Shown here one piece after another: positions 48,932 through 57,870 of a stretch of 64,000 nt of DNA. The notes under the pieces are model-generated. The model saw only the letters and a list, made by a program, of their open reading frames with translations. It had not been told where the DNA came from and did no database searches. The DNA lies in the IMG/VR virus record IMGVR_UViG_3300020477_000990, positions 62,001 to 126,000 of that record. The stretch is one strand, 5' to 3'. The translations under genes were made by a program, and so were the position numbers. The first letter of the stretch is position 1; each line of letters begins with the position of its first letter.

Positions 48932-50284
48932 ATGGCAAGTTATGCAATTCAAAGACGTAGAGGAACAGCAGTAGAACACGGTTCTTTTACAGGTTTAGCA
49001 GGCGAGTTGACAGTTAACACTACGAGAAATTCAGTTCACGTACATGACGGTTCAGCGGCAGGCGGTCACGAATTAGCGAAAATCGACTTATCGAACGTAG
49101 CTTCAACTTCAATCGGTGCTCACTTACTTCCTTCAGCAAACGTAACTTACAACTTAGGTTCATCTTCAAAAATGTGGGGTGATATCTACGTAGGTCCTTC
49201 AACACTTTATATTAATGGTGTTGCGGCAATGGGTGTTGACTCAGGTGACGTTACTTTATCTGGTGATACAGATGAAAACGTTGTTGTAAAAGCACTTGGT
49301 TCAGGTGATGTTGAATTAACTCCAGCAACTGGTTCAGTTCAGTTAAAAGGTAACATTCAAGTTGCAGATGGAAAAGCATTTTCATCAGCAGGTTCGGAAA
49401 TCGACTTCAATTCTGACATTCAATTAAATTCAAACGATATCTTAGGCGTTGGTACAGGTAACATAGGCGCAAGTTCGGCTATGCCTAGATCATATGCTGA
49501 TACTAGATATGCAATGTTAACTGGCGCACAAAACATCGCTGGTAACAAAACATTCGATAATAACGTAATTGTTTCTGGAGACTTAACAGTTTCTGGTACA
49601 ACTACAACAGTTAATACAGAAACTATCAAATTAGCTGACAACTTAATTGAGTTAAACTCAAACGAAACTGGTGCACCATCAGACAACGCAGGTATTGAAA
49701 TTAACAGAGGTACTTCTGCAAACGTTCAATTCAGATGGAATGAAACTTCAGATATTTGGGAATTAACTTTAGACGGTACTACATTCTACCAAACGTATTC
49801 TACTAATGATGCGGCTACGGCTAATACAGCTAGTAAACTAGTTCTTAGAGATGGTTCAGGTAACTTTGCGGCAGGTACTATAACTGCTACAGCAACTTCG
49901 GCGCAATACGCGGATTTGGCTGAGAGATATGGTTCTGATGCACAATACGATGCAGGTACAGTTGTTGTATTTGGCGGCGATAAAGAAATTACTATGTCTT
50001 CAGCGGCATATGATCATAAAGTAGCAGGTGTTATTTCTTCAGCACCAGCGTACATGATGAACGCAGAAGCAGGTGATGACGCTACTCACCCATTTGTTGC
50101 ACTTACAGGAAGAGTTCCTTGTAAAGTAACAGGTACAGTTAGAAAAGGTGATTTACTTTGCACTTCAGACGTGGCAGGTCATGCTATGGCTGGCGAAGCA
50201 AAATGTGGTCACATGATTGGTAAAGCATTGGAAGATTTCGATGGCGAAACAGGTGTTATCGAAGTATTAATTAACTTAATGTAA
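48932..50284 (+). CDS. Tail fibre/structural protein with Mtd-like N-terminus and C-terminal chaperone-like domain
   Basis: IQRRRGT..FTGLAGELTV..VHDG; IKLADNLIELN..AGIEINRG; YADLAERY...IGKALE. Confidence 0.8.
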   Translation: MASYAIQRRRGTAVEHGSFTGLAGELTVNTTRNSVHVHDGSAAGGHELAKIDLSNVASTSIGAHLLPSANVTYNLGSSSKMWGDIYVGPSTLYINGVAAMGVDSGDVTLSGDTDENVVVKALGSGDVELTPATGSVQLKGNIQVADGKAFSSAGSEIDFNSDIQLNSNDILGVGTGNIGASSAMPRSYADTRYAMLTGAQNIAGNKTFDNNVIVSGDLTVSGTTTTVNTETIKLADNLIELNSNETGAPSDNAGIEINRGTSANVQFRWNETSDIWELTLDGTTFYQTYSTNDAATANTASKLVLRDGSGNFAAGTITATATSAQYADLAERYGSDAQYDAGTVVVFGGDKEITMSSAAYDHKVAGVISSAPAYMMNAEAGDDATHPFVALTGRVPCKVTGTVRKGDLLCTSDVAGHAMAGEAKCGHMIGKALEDFDGETGVIEVLINLM

Positions 50285-50306
50285 TTTAAAGGATAGGAGA
50301 TTCAAA

Positions 50307-50564
50307 ATGGCAAACATTAGATATTTTAACCTTAAAGCATTTAACAATGTTAGAGTTAAGAACTTGGAAATTAAAACTAACGTAAGAAAAGTTTTTGATC
50401 CAGGTAACGGCTTCACTAACTATGGTGATTTAAATGCGGCTACTAGTTTACCACACCGTTATAAAGGTGCTGGTGTACAAGGTACTCCATTATCAACTGG
50501 TTTTGATATGGGAAGCATTGCAAAATCTTCAGTTGACACAATCGACTGGGGTTCGATCGCTTAA
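50307..50564 (+). CDS. Small probable virion protein
   Basis: AGGAG RBS; C-terminal DMGSI/DWGSI repeats; structural-gene codon usage. Confidence 0.55.
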   Translation: MANIRYFNLKAFNNVRVKNLEIKTNVRKVFDPGNGFTNYGDLNAATSLPHRYKGAGVQGTPLSTGFDMGSIAKSSVDTIDWGSIA

Positions 50565-50578
50565 TAATTAAAATATTT

Positions 50579-50611
50579 GAGAAGGGCTTACAGAAATGTA
50601 GGCCCTTTCTC
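50579..50611 (+). terminator. Intrinsic terminator
   Basis: GAGAAGGGCTTAC-AGAAAT-GTAGGCCCTTTCTC. Confidence 0.75.
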
Positions 50612-50663
50612 TTGGTATATAAACTTATACGTTAATATACAATGATAATCATAGCTAATATGC

Positions 50664-50671
50664 TATAAATA
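50664..50671 (+). promoter_or_regulatory. T4-type late promoter TATAAATA
   Basis: Exact box in the gap upstream of the 1028-aa fibre gene; short motif in an AT-rich genome. Confidence 0.6.
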
Positions 50672-50794
50672 ACTTTACAACCACCCCGAACGAAGGTGGA
50701 TAATAGAATAACAACGAGGCAGACCCTCCCGAAACTTTAATTTAATTTAATCGAGGAATAAACAAAATGTTTATTCACAAGGGAGAAATATACT

Positions 50795-53700
50795 ATGGCT
50801 AATGTTAAAAACTTTGGGCTATCAGGTATCGGTTCTGACGTACAATTTGGTAAAAGTGGCGGTCGTTTAATTTACGATTCAGCTTCTTCTTTCTTCAAAT
50901 TTACTACAGACGGTTCAACACTTGCACAGATTAGAGTTGCTACGACTCCATCTAACGCAAATGATGTTGCTTCTAAATCGTATGTTGATGCTACTAAATC
51001 AGGTCTTGATGTAAAAGATTCTGTTAGAGTGGCTACAACTGCGGCTGGTACTTTAGCTTCTAGCTTTGAAAACGGCGATGCTATCGACGGCATAACACTT
51101 GCGACTGACGATAGAATCTTAATTAAAAACCAGGCTGACGGTTCTGAAAATGGTGTTTACACAGTAAACGCATCAGGGGCTCCAACTAGAGCAACTGACT
51201 ACGACGCGAACTCTGAAGTTTCTGGTGGTGCTTTCTGTTTTGTAGAAGAAGGTACAACTAACGCAGATACTGGTTGGGTATTATCAAATGATGGTGCTAT
51301 CACAGTTGGTACAACTGCATTGACTTACACTCAGTTCTCTGGTGCAGGCTTAATTACAGCTGGCGCTGGTATGACTAAATCAGGTAACACTTTATCAGTT
51401 AACGTTGATGATACTACATTAGAAGTTAACGGTTCAGACAACCTGCAAATTAAATCAGACTGGACAGGTCAAAATACAATTACTACACTAGGTTCAATTG
51501 CTACTGGAACTTGGGCGGCAACTGATGTTGCTGTAGCACACGGTGGTACAGGTGCTTCTACGGCTTCTGGTGCAAGAACTAATTTAGGTGTTGCAATCGG
51601 ATCAGACGTACAGGCATACGATGCTCAATTGGCAGATGTTGCCGGTTTAGCGGTAACTGACGGTGGTATCATCGTTGGTGACGGTTCTAACTTCGTGTTA
51701 GAAACTGGTAATACAGCAAGAACATCACTAGGCTTAGGTACTGGTGATACTCCGACTTTCAACGGTGCGGCAATGGGTTCAGCGGCTATTACAGGCGTTG
51801 CAGATCCTTCAAACGCACAAGATGCCGCTACTAAGGCATACGTTGACGCGGCTACGGCTGGTCAAGATACACTTGCTGAAATGTCTGACACTAACATCAC
51901 AACTCCAGCTGATGGTTCTATGTTATTATATGACACAGGAAACTCAAAATGGATTGACAATGTAATGTCAGGTGATGCTACTATGACTGATGGTGGTGTT
52001 ATTACTTTAACAGACGGAAACTCTACAAGAACTAATTTAGGTCTTGCTATTGGTTCTGATGTACAGGCATATGACGCTCAATTGGCTGACGTGGCTGGCT
52101 TGGCTGTTACTGATGGTGGTTTCATTGTTGGTAATGGTTCTAACTTCGTATTAGAAACAGGCGCAACTGTTAGAACATCTTTAGGTTTAGGTTCAATTGC
52201 AACTCAAGCCGCTGATGCAGTAGCAGTAACAGGTGGTTCAATTACTGGAATCACTACATTTACTACAGGTACTTTAGGTTCTACAGCTACTTTCACTGGC
52301 GACGGTGAATTTACTGGTAACTTAACAGTTGGTGGTAACTTAACAGTTTCAGGTTCTAAAATTACTTTAGACGTTGGAACTGTGTCTTCAGAAGACAAAT
52401 ACATCCAAGTTAACTCTGGTGCAACTTCGCAAGAAACAGGTTTAGCAGGTGGTTTAGAAGTTAAAAGATCTTCTACTGCTGACACTAACCAATTTGCTTT
52501 CATTTCATTTGATGATTCAATTGACACATGGGCATTTAAAACTGGTTCGGCTAACCAAGCATCTACATCAGACGCAACTGTACGTTTTGGTACAGTTTCA
52601 GCTGGTACTTGGAATGGTACTGCAATTAGCAGAACATACGGTGGATTCGGCGCTTCAACTGCCGGTCACGGTAACAACTCACTTGTTGAAGCAGACGGTG
52701 GCGAGATCACTGTAGGCTCTTCAGGTCAATACTTAAGATCAGACGGTACTAACTATGCGGCATCTGCCTTACAGGCAAGTGACTTAAACGGTACTGTAGC
52801 TGTTAACCAAGGTGGTACTGGTATTACTGCTTTAGGATCAGCGAACAAATTCTTAGGTTCAACTGGTTCAGCTAACCAATATGACTACATCGGCGCTATC
52901 AGAGATACATCTGGTGTTGTTGGTTTAGAAATTAATGGTGCTTTAACAGATAATATCAAATTAAGATTGTCAAATACTTCATCTAACGTAACACTTCAAG
53001 CTATCGACCCTGATAACGGTTCAGCTGACATCGACCTAGTTCTTAAAGGACAAGGCGACGGTGTTGTTGTAATTTCTGAATCAGCTGGTGGTAACTCACT
53101 TGTTATGGCGGACGACAATATGGACTTAACTATCTCAGGTGGTGCGGCGAGCGGTGCTCATGCTGGTGACTCTGTTATCAAAGGTGGTAACGGTACTGGT
53201 GCGTACAATTCAGGTGACGTTAAAATCCAAGGTGGTACTGGTGGTGCGGCTGAAGGTAAAGTTAAAATTTTAGACTCATCTTCAAACGAAGTTGCATTGT
53301 TCGAAAGAACTGCTTCTGCTGTTAATGAATTATCATTCACTAACGCGGCGGCTTCAGGTGCTCCAACTATTTCATCAACTGGTGATGACACTCATATTAA
53401 CATCGCATTATCTCCAAAAGGTAATGGTGTTGTTACAGTTCCAGCGAACTATGAGTCATTAACTATTACTGATGACACTCTTGTTACTAAAGCATGGGTG
53501 AATGCTAACGTAGTTACTTCAACTGATGACCTGACTCTTAGAGCGGCTATCACTACAGGTGCAACTACAGGTGCAATTGGTACAATGCCAAATGCAGGTT
53601 CAACAACTTATTACGTATCTAAAGTAATCGTATACGTTTCAACTGCTTTCTCAGGAAACTCAGTTGATCACGTTACTTTATCAGATGGTACTACAACTTG

Positions 53701-53881
53701 GGTAGCTGATGCTGACGCTGATGTTTCTACAGCTGGTACTTACGTAATTGATGTTCCTTTTGCTACAGCAACGGCTGGCGGCGCTACTTTCACTTTATCT
53801 TACAGAGATGCAAGTGCAAATTTAGTTGCTCCAACAGGTGGTGCTGGTATTGTTACTGTTGAATACAAAGCATTAACTTAA
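50795..53881 (+). CDS. Long tail-fibre/virion structural protein (1028 aa)
   Basis: Gly/Ala/Thr/Ser-rich; DVASKSYVD and DAATKAYVD knob repeats; LDVKDSVRVATT..DRILIKNQ..ENGVY fibre module; internal duplication. Confidence 0.85.
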   Translation: MANVKNFGLSGIGSDVQFGKSGGRLIYDSASSFFKFTTDGSTLAQIRVATTPSNANDVASKSYVDATKSGLDVKDSVRVATTAAGTLASSFENGDAIDGITLATDDRILIKNQADGSENGVYTVNASGAPTRATDYDANSEVSGGAFCFVEEGTTNADTGWVLSNDGAITVGTTALTYTQFSGAGLITAGAGMTKSGNTLSVNVDDTTLEVNGSDNLQIKSDWTGQNTITTLGSIATGTWAATDVAVAHGGTGASTASGARTNLGVAIGSDVQAYDAQLADVAGLAVTDGGIIVGDGSNFVLETGNTARTSLGLGTGDTPTFNGAAMGSAAITGVADPSNAQDAATKAYVDAATAGQDTLAEMSDTNITTPADGSMLLYDTGNSKWIDNVMSGDATMTDGGVITLTDGNSTRTNLGLAIGSDVQAYDAQLADVAGLAVTDGGFIVGNGSNFVLETGATVRTSLGLGSIATQAADAVAVTGGSITGITTFTTGTLGSTATFTGDGEFTGNLTVGGNLTVSGSKITLDVGTVSSEDKYIQVNSGATSQETGLAGGLEVKRSSTADTNQFAFISFDDSIDTWAFKTGSANQASTSDATVRFGTVSAGTWNGTAISRTYGGFGASTAGHGNNSLVEADGGEITVGSSGQYLRSDGTNYAASALQASDLNGTVAVNQGGTGITALGSANKFLGSTGSANQYDYIGAIRDTSGVVGLEINGALTDNIKLRLSNTSSNVTLQAIDPDNGSADIDLVLKGQGDGVVVISESAGGNSLVMADDNMDLTISGGAASGAHAGDSVIKGGNGTGAYNSGDVKIQGGTGGAAEGKVKILDSSSNEVALFERTASAVNELSFTNAAASGAPTISSTGDDTHINIALSPKGNGVVTVPANYESLTITDDTLVTKAWVNANVVTSTDDLTLRAAITTGATTGAIGTMPNAGSTTYYVSKVIVYVSTAFSGNSVDHVTLSDGTTTWVADADADVSTAGTYVIDVPFATATAGGATFTLSYRDASANLVAPTGGAGIVTVEYKALT

Positions 53882-53931
53882 TAGGTTAGTATAGAGCTAA
53901 CTTGTTAAGCTCAAACACTAATTAATAATTG

Positions 53932-53963
53932 AACCCGGGTCTAGAAATAGGCCCGGGTTTTTT
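53932..53963 (+). terminator. Intrinsic terminator
   Basis: AACCCGGGTCT-AGAAAT-AGGCCCGGGTT followed by T-run. Confidence 0.85.
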
Positions 53964-53968
53964 GTTGA

Positions 53969-54196
53969 TTATTTTTTATCTACGAATGAATATAATTCAT
54001 TAGCACAATCAAGTATTTCTTTAGTACTAGGAAATACTGGAGCATCTTTTGTTGAAAGTATAACTCCTGTTTCAGGATGTCGTGTTACAGACATTTCCCA
54101 AGTTTGATATGCTCTATTATATTTTTCTTGAAGTAATCCCTGAGCTTGACCTAAGATGTCAGCACGGATTTCGTATGCGTTTTTATTTGTAGACAT
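53969..54196 (-). CDS. Small hypothetical protein of a type common in T4-like marine phages
   Basis: NAYEIRADIL..A..LL, P...EIL..A.ELY.FV pattern; AGGAGG RBS. Confidence 0.65.
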   Translation of the reverse strand: MSTNKNAYEIRADILGQAQGLLQEKYNRAYQTWEMSVTRHPETGVILSTKDAPVFPSTKEILDCANELYSFVDKK

Positions 54197-54328
54197 AATA
54201 TCCTCCTTTGTGTATGTTTGTGTGTATCTAATCTACAGTTCATTATAGCATTTATAGTTTTAAAAGTCTATATTTAATATAGAATTCTATAGTTTTAACA
54301 TAGGTGCCTATACCTGTAAATAATAGTA

Positions 54329-54402
54329 GGCTCTATAGTTCAATGGTAGAACGCAACTTTCAGGTGGTTGAAATTCGGGTTCAATCCCCGGTAGAGCTAC
54401 CA
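54329..54402 (+). tRNA. tRNA with CAG anticodon (Leu by anticodon) but a short 4-nt variable loop
   Basis: GGCTCTA/TAGAGCT acceptor, A73, CCA; CAACT-TTCAGGT-GGTTG anticodon arm; TCGGG-TTCAATC-CCCGG T-arm. Confidence 0.8.
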
Positions 54403-54528
54403 AACATTCATTTAGTTTTAATGTTTGTATAGAGTTCTATAAATAATGCACACAAGGGAAAACACGACTCGCGTCAGATAGTTTTCCGATTCCAATAAAT
54501 GGTCTAAACATTATTTTACTCATATTGC

Positions 54529-54562
54529 AAAAAGACAAGAGGGGCTTTGCCCCCTTGTCTTT
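54529..54562. terminator. Bidirectional intrinsic terminator
   Basis: AAAGACAAGAGGGG-CTTTG-CCCCCTTGTCTTT. Confidence 0.75.
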
Positions 54563-54645
54563 AGTTTAAATGCGTCTGTAATGGTGTCTTAATCCGCTTT
54601 TAAGCCGTCTGTGTCCGCTTTTTTATCGTTTATAGTGTCAAAGTG

Positions 54646-55881
54646 CTACTGTGAAATTCGCCCTAATATTGAACACATTTTTTCAGCTGAATACCCACGT
54701 GCTTTATCATAATAGGCCAATAAATCTTGGGTGTTTTTGTAGGTGTACGTTGTTTTACGTTTTTTAATTAGTTCTATAAAGTCAGATACAAAACTATATT
54801 TTGTAGCTTCAAAAGGCGATCCTGCTGATCTAATTAATAAAAGAACTTCATTAATAACTTCTTCTTTTATATCATCTGGAAGTATAGCCAAGTCTAATGG
54901 TTTAGGCCACATTACTAATACAGGAATAAATTCATCAAAGTTATTTTCTTCTGTGTATCTAATTAAATCAGGAAGTTGATCTAAATTTAATAATTGTATT
55001 GCTGATGTTAATACTGAACTAATATTATTAAAACCTTTTTCTTTAATTAATCTGTTAAACTTATATTGATTATTAAAAACTTTATTCCAAGTTGCAGGCC
55101 ATCTAATATATTCAAATGTACTACCCATTCCATCTGTAGACCAATGCACTTCAAATTTTTGAAACTTATTCATTATGTCTATCATCTTTGTTAAGTCAGT
55201 TGTACCATTTGTTACCATCATTATAGAAATGTTTCTTGCATATTTTGTTTCAGATAATCTTTTAATAAATTCTCTAAAGCCTTCTAATAATGTAGGCTCA
55301 CCTCCTGTAAATTTTATTTTTTGTATAGTATGAGCTGTACCTAATAATTCATTTAATTGCTTTTCATGGAAGTTAGTATTATGAGCATCATCTGGAATAT
55401 GTTTTTTTAAATGTAAAGGAACTTTATGTTGCTCTTTTTCTTTAACGTGTAAAGATGAACTATGTCCATCACACATAATACAAGCAAGATTACATTTGTT
55501 ACCAAACTTTATATCTAATGTTCTTAATTCTAAATGTTTATCTTTTTTAATTTTATTTAAAAAATCTGGATCAATATCTTCATAACGTTTTGTAATAGAA
55601 TATCTTTTACTCATATTGTATGCACCAGACTGTTCATATTGATAACATCTAGTACAAGACTTAACTGGTTTATTATCTAACATTTTTTGTCTAATGTCAT
55701 TTAATACTTTACTGTTTTTCCAATTATTAATAAATGAATCTTTATATAAATCTGCTTCAACAGTTTCTGAATAACAACATAACATTGAATGGCCTTGTGC
55801 TGAATTGGCTATTTCAGTAAATGGTAAAGCACAAAAATACTTGCCATGATCATTTAAAAACTTTTCATATTCTCTACTCAT
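54646..55881 (-). CDS. N-terminal-twitch radical SAM protein (similar to 43743..45014)
   Basis: FCALPF..LCC..CTRC; KFGNKCNLACIMC; TGGEP. Confidence 0.85.
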   Translation of the reverse strand: MSREYEKFLNDHGKYFCALPFTEIANSAQGHSMLCCYSETVEADLYKDSFINNWKNSKVLNDIRQKMLDNKPVKSCTRCYQYEQSGAYNMSKRYSITKRYEDIDPDFLNKIKKDKHLELRTLDIKFGNKCNLACIMCDGHSSSLHVKEKEQHKVPLHLKKHIPDDAHNTNFHEKQLNELLGTAHTIQKIKFTGGEPTLLEGFREFIKRLSETKYARNISIMMVTNGTTDLTKMIDIMNKFQKFEVHWSTDGMGSTFEYIRWPATWNKVFNNQYKFNRLIKEKGFNNISSVLTSAIQLLNLDQLPDLIRYTEENNFDEFIPVLVMWPKPLDLAILPDDIKEEVINEVLLLIRSAGSPFEATKYSFVSDFIELIKKRKTTYTYKNTQDLLAYYDKARGYSAEKMCSILGRISQ

Positions 55882-57130
55882 TTAGTTCTGCCCCAATGAC
55901 AGGTGTTAATCCTTTTACTGCTTTATTAAACATAGCTTCTGTCATATCGTTATGTTTTGATTTTTGTACACATAATCCACAGCCACATATTTTATTTGGA
56001 CAAGTTATTACAGGCATTTTACCTGTTGCTAATTGTTTTTCTAATCTTAATAATACTTTTTCACTTTCTGATATCTTACCAATAGGCCCACGTTTACCAC
56101 CAAAATTTGCACGACAAGTTTGATGGTGTAGTATATTATCATATTCTTGTTCAATATGTAACCAATTCCAATTAATTAAGCAAGACCAATCTTTGTATTC
56201 TGTTGAACACGCAAACACACTTGGATTCCATTTATCAGTATCAAGTTCTTTATTATTGTTATTATAATGATCATCAGTTAATGTATAAAATGTTCTTTGC
56301 CCACAGCAAGGTCTTCCTAAACTTTTTCTACCTTCATCTTTTTTAGGTTCAACTTTTGCTTTTTGTTTTTGTACTTTTTCTTGATCATCTTTATATTCAT
56401 ATTCAGCATCATTGTTTTCATCTATTTTTTTAGGTTGCTTTTGATTATTTTCTTTTTTATTTCTAATTGCCCAAAACTCTCTAAACCATTTATGTTGTTC
56501 TGGAGTATATCTATGATTGTACTTGTCATTTTCATAGCTCTCTCCAATAATTCTTGGTACAAATTTTACATTATCTCTTGTAAACTTTCCAACTAAATCA
56601 ATACATTCATTAAAGTATTCTTCTTTAGCATGAAACATTAAATTAACTTTGTGTCTAACATTTGAATCTTTTAATTGATAAATTCTATCTATTACTTTAT
56701 TTTTTATTTTTTGATCTGCTTCACAATGATAACTTACTGTTACACTATCAACATTATCAATTAATTTTGTACAATATTTTTCTGACATGGCACCATTAGT
56801 TGTTACATCAACTATTACATCATCATCATTTTGATTGTGTATGTATTCACACATATCTAAAAAGTTTGGATTGTTAGTTGGCTCACCGCCTGTAAAACCA
56901 ATGTTCCACTTACGTTTGTAAGTCATATATGATTGTAAAAGTTTTTTATAATCAAAAACAAACTTACTTGTTTTAATTAATGTTTCTAAACTTGCGTGAG
57001 GTGAAGTATTATTATGTCTATGTGAAGGACAATATGTACAATCAAAATTACATCTTAAACCTAAATCCCAAGTTACTTCAAATGAGTAAGGATTTTTTAT
57101 ATTATTATCTATTGCAATTATCTCTGACAT
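55874..57130 (-). CDS. Radical SAM protein with C-terminal twitch-like cysteines (same type as 15961..17127)
   Basis: WDLGLRCNFDCTYC; FTGGEPT; C-terminal C...CPNKICGCGLC. Confidence 0.85.
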   Translation of the reverse strand: MSEIIAIDNNIKNPYSFEVTWDLGLRCNFDCTYCPSHRHNNTSPHASLETLIKTSKFVFDYKKLLQSYMTYKRKWNIGFTGGEPTNNPNFLDMCEYIHNQNDDDVIVDVTTNGAMSEKYCTKLIDNVDSVTVSYHCEADQKIKNKVIDRIYQLKDSNVRHKVNLMFHAKEEYFNECIDLVGKFTRDNVKFVPRIIGESYENDKYNHRYTPEQHKWFREFWAIRNKKENNQKQPKKIDENNDAEYEYKDDQEKVQKQKAKVEPKKDEGRKSLGRPCCGQRTFYTLTDDHYNNNNKELDTDKWNPSVFACSTEYKDWSCLINWNWLHIEQEYDNILHHQTCRANFGGKRGPIGKISESEKVLLRLEKQLATGKMPVITCPNKICGCGLCVQKSKHNDMTEAMFNKAVKGLTPVIGAELNE

Positions 57131-57846
57131 TAATATCTATTAAACGCCCAATATCTTTCATGACACCACCAACAATCTTCACAAGGTGTAAGGTAACCAT
57201 TTGTTTGTTCAAATGTTCCTTCACATGACCAAGTCAACGGAAATAAATTGCTCATTAAGTTTTCTTGTTTGTAAATGTCAGCAATAAATTTTTTATCTGT
57301 ATTAAAAAAAGGTCTATGAGAAGAACCATCACTAGTAACTAGTTCATGATTAACTTTTGGATCTCGTCTATTTTTTTGATCAGTATCATAAGGCATTTCC
57401 CCTTTCGGTGGGTTAGATGTTATACCATCATATAAGACATCCCACACGCCTGTTTCTTCATTTTGTTTATTTCTATCTTGAAACTCTTTCCATTCAGTTT
57501 GATTTACATCTTTTAAATCTGGATAATAAACTAAATGAGGTAACATATTTCTAAAATTAAGTATTTCAGTAATTTTATTAATAACATGGGTTGCTTTTAT
57601 AGGATTCCATGGACGTTGTCTTCTAACTGACATTGGTTGTATCTTTACATCTAAATTATTTCTTATTACTTCTTTACAAAGTAAGTAAAGTAAAGCACTA
57701 GAGTCTGCTCCACCAGAACACCATATTCCTAGAGTCTTAACCTTGCGTCCATTATTGACAACACTTGGAATTATGATTTCAACTGATTCTGTTTTATCAA
57801 TATTATAATATTTTGCCGATACTTCTGTTAGTATTTCAAATGTCAT
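57130..57846 (-). CDS. QueC-like PP-loop ATPase (third paralog)
   Basis: CSGGADS; SC...CEDCWWC; N-terminus like 19340..20185 (EIIIP.VVNN). Confidence 0.75.
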   Translation of the reverse strand: MTFEILTEVSAKYYNIDKTESVEIIIPSVVNNGRKVKTLGIWCSGGADSSALLYLLCKEVIRNNLDVKIQPMSVRRQRPWNPIKATHVINKITEILNFRNMLPHLVYYPDLKDVNQTEWKEFQDRNKQNEETGVWDVLYDGITSNPPKGEMPYDTDQKNRRDPKVNHELVTSDGSSHRPFFNTDKKFIADIYKQENLMSNLFPLTWSCEGTFEQTNGYLTPCEDCWWCHERYWAFNRY

Positions 57847-57870
57847 ATTATTACCCTGTTATATGTATAT

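Noticed and set aside
54329-54402. Opal-suppressor or Sec tRNA (TCA read from TTTCAGG)
   Set aside because: Stem pairing CAACT/GGTTG fixes the 7-nt loop as TTCAGGT, placing CAG at 34-36; long ORFs read intact in the standard code, so there is no sign of stop-codon reassignment
19340-57846. Complete 7-deazaguanine DNA-modification pathway
   Set aside because: No FolE, QueD or DpdA is recognisable in the window, so gene symbol queC is withheld
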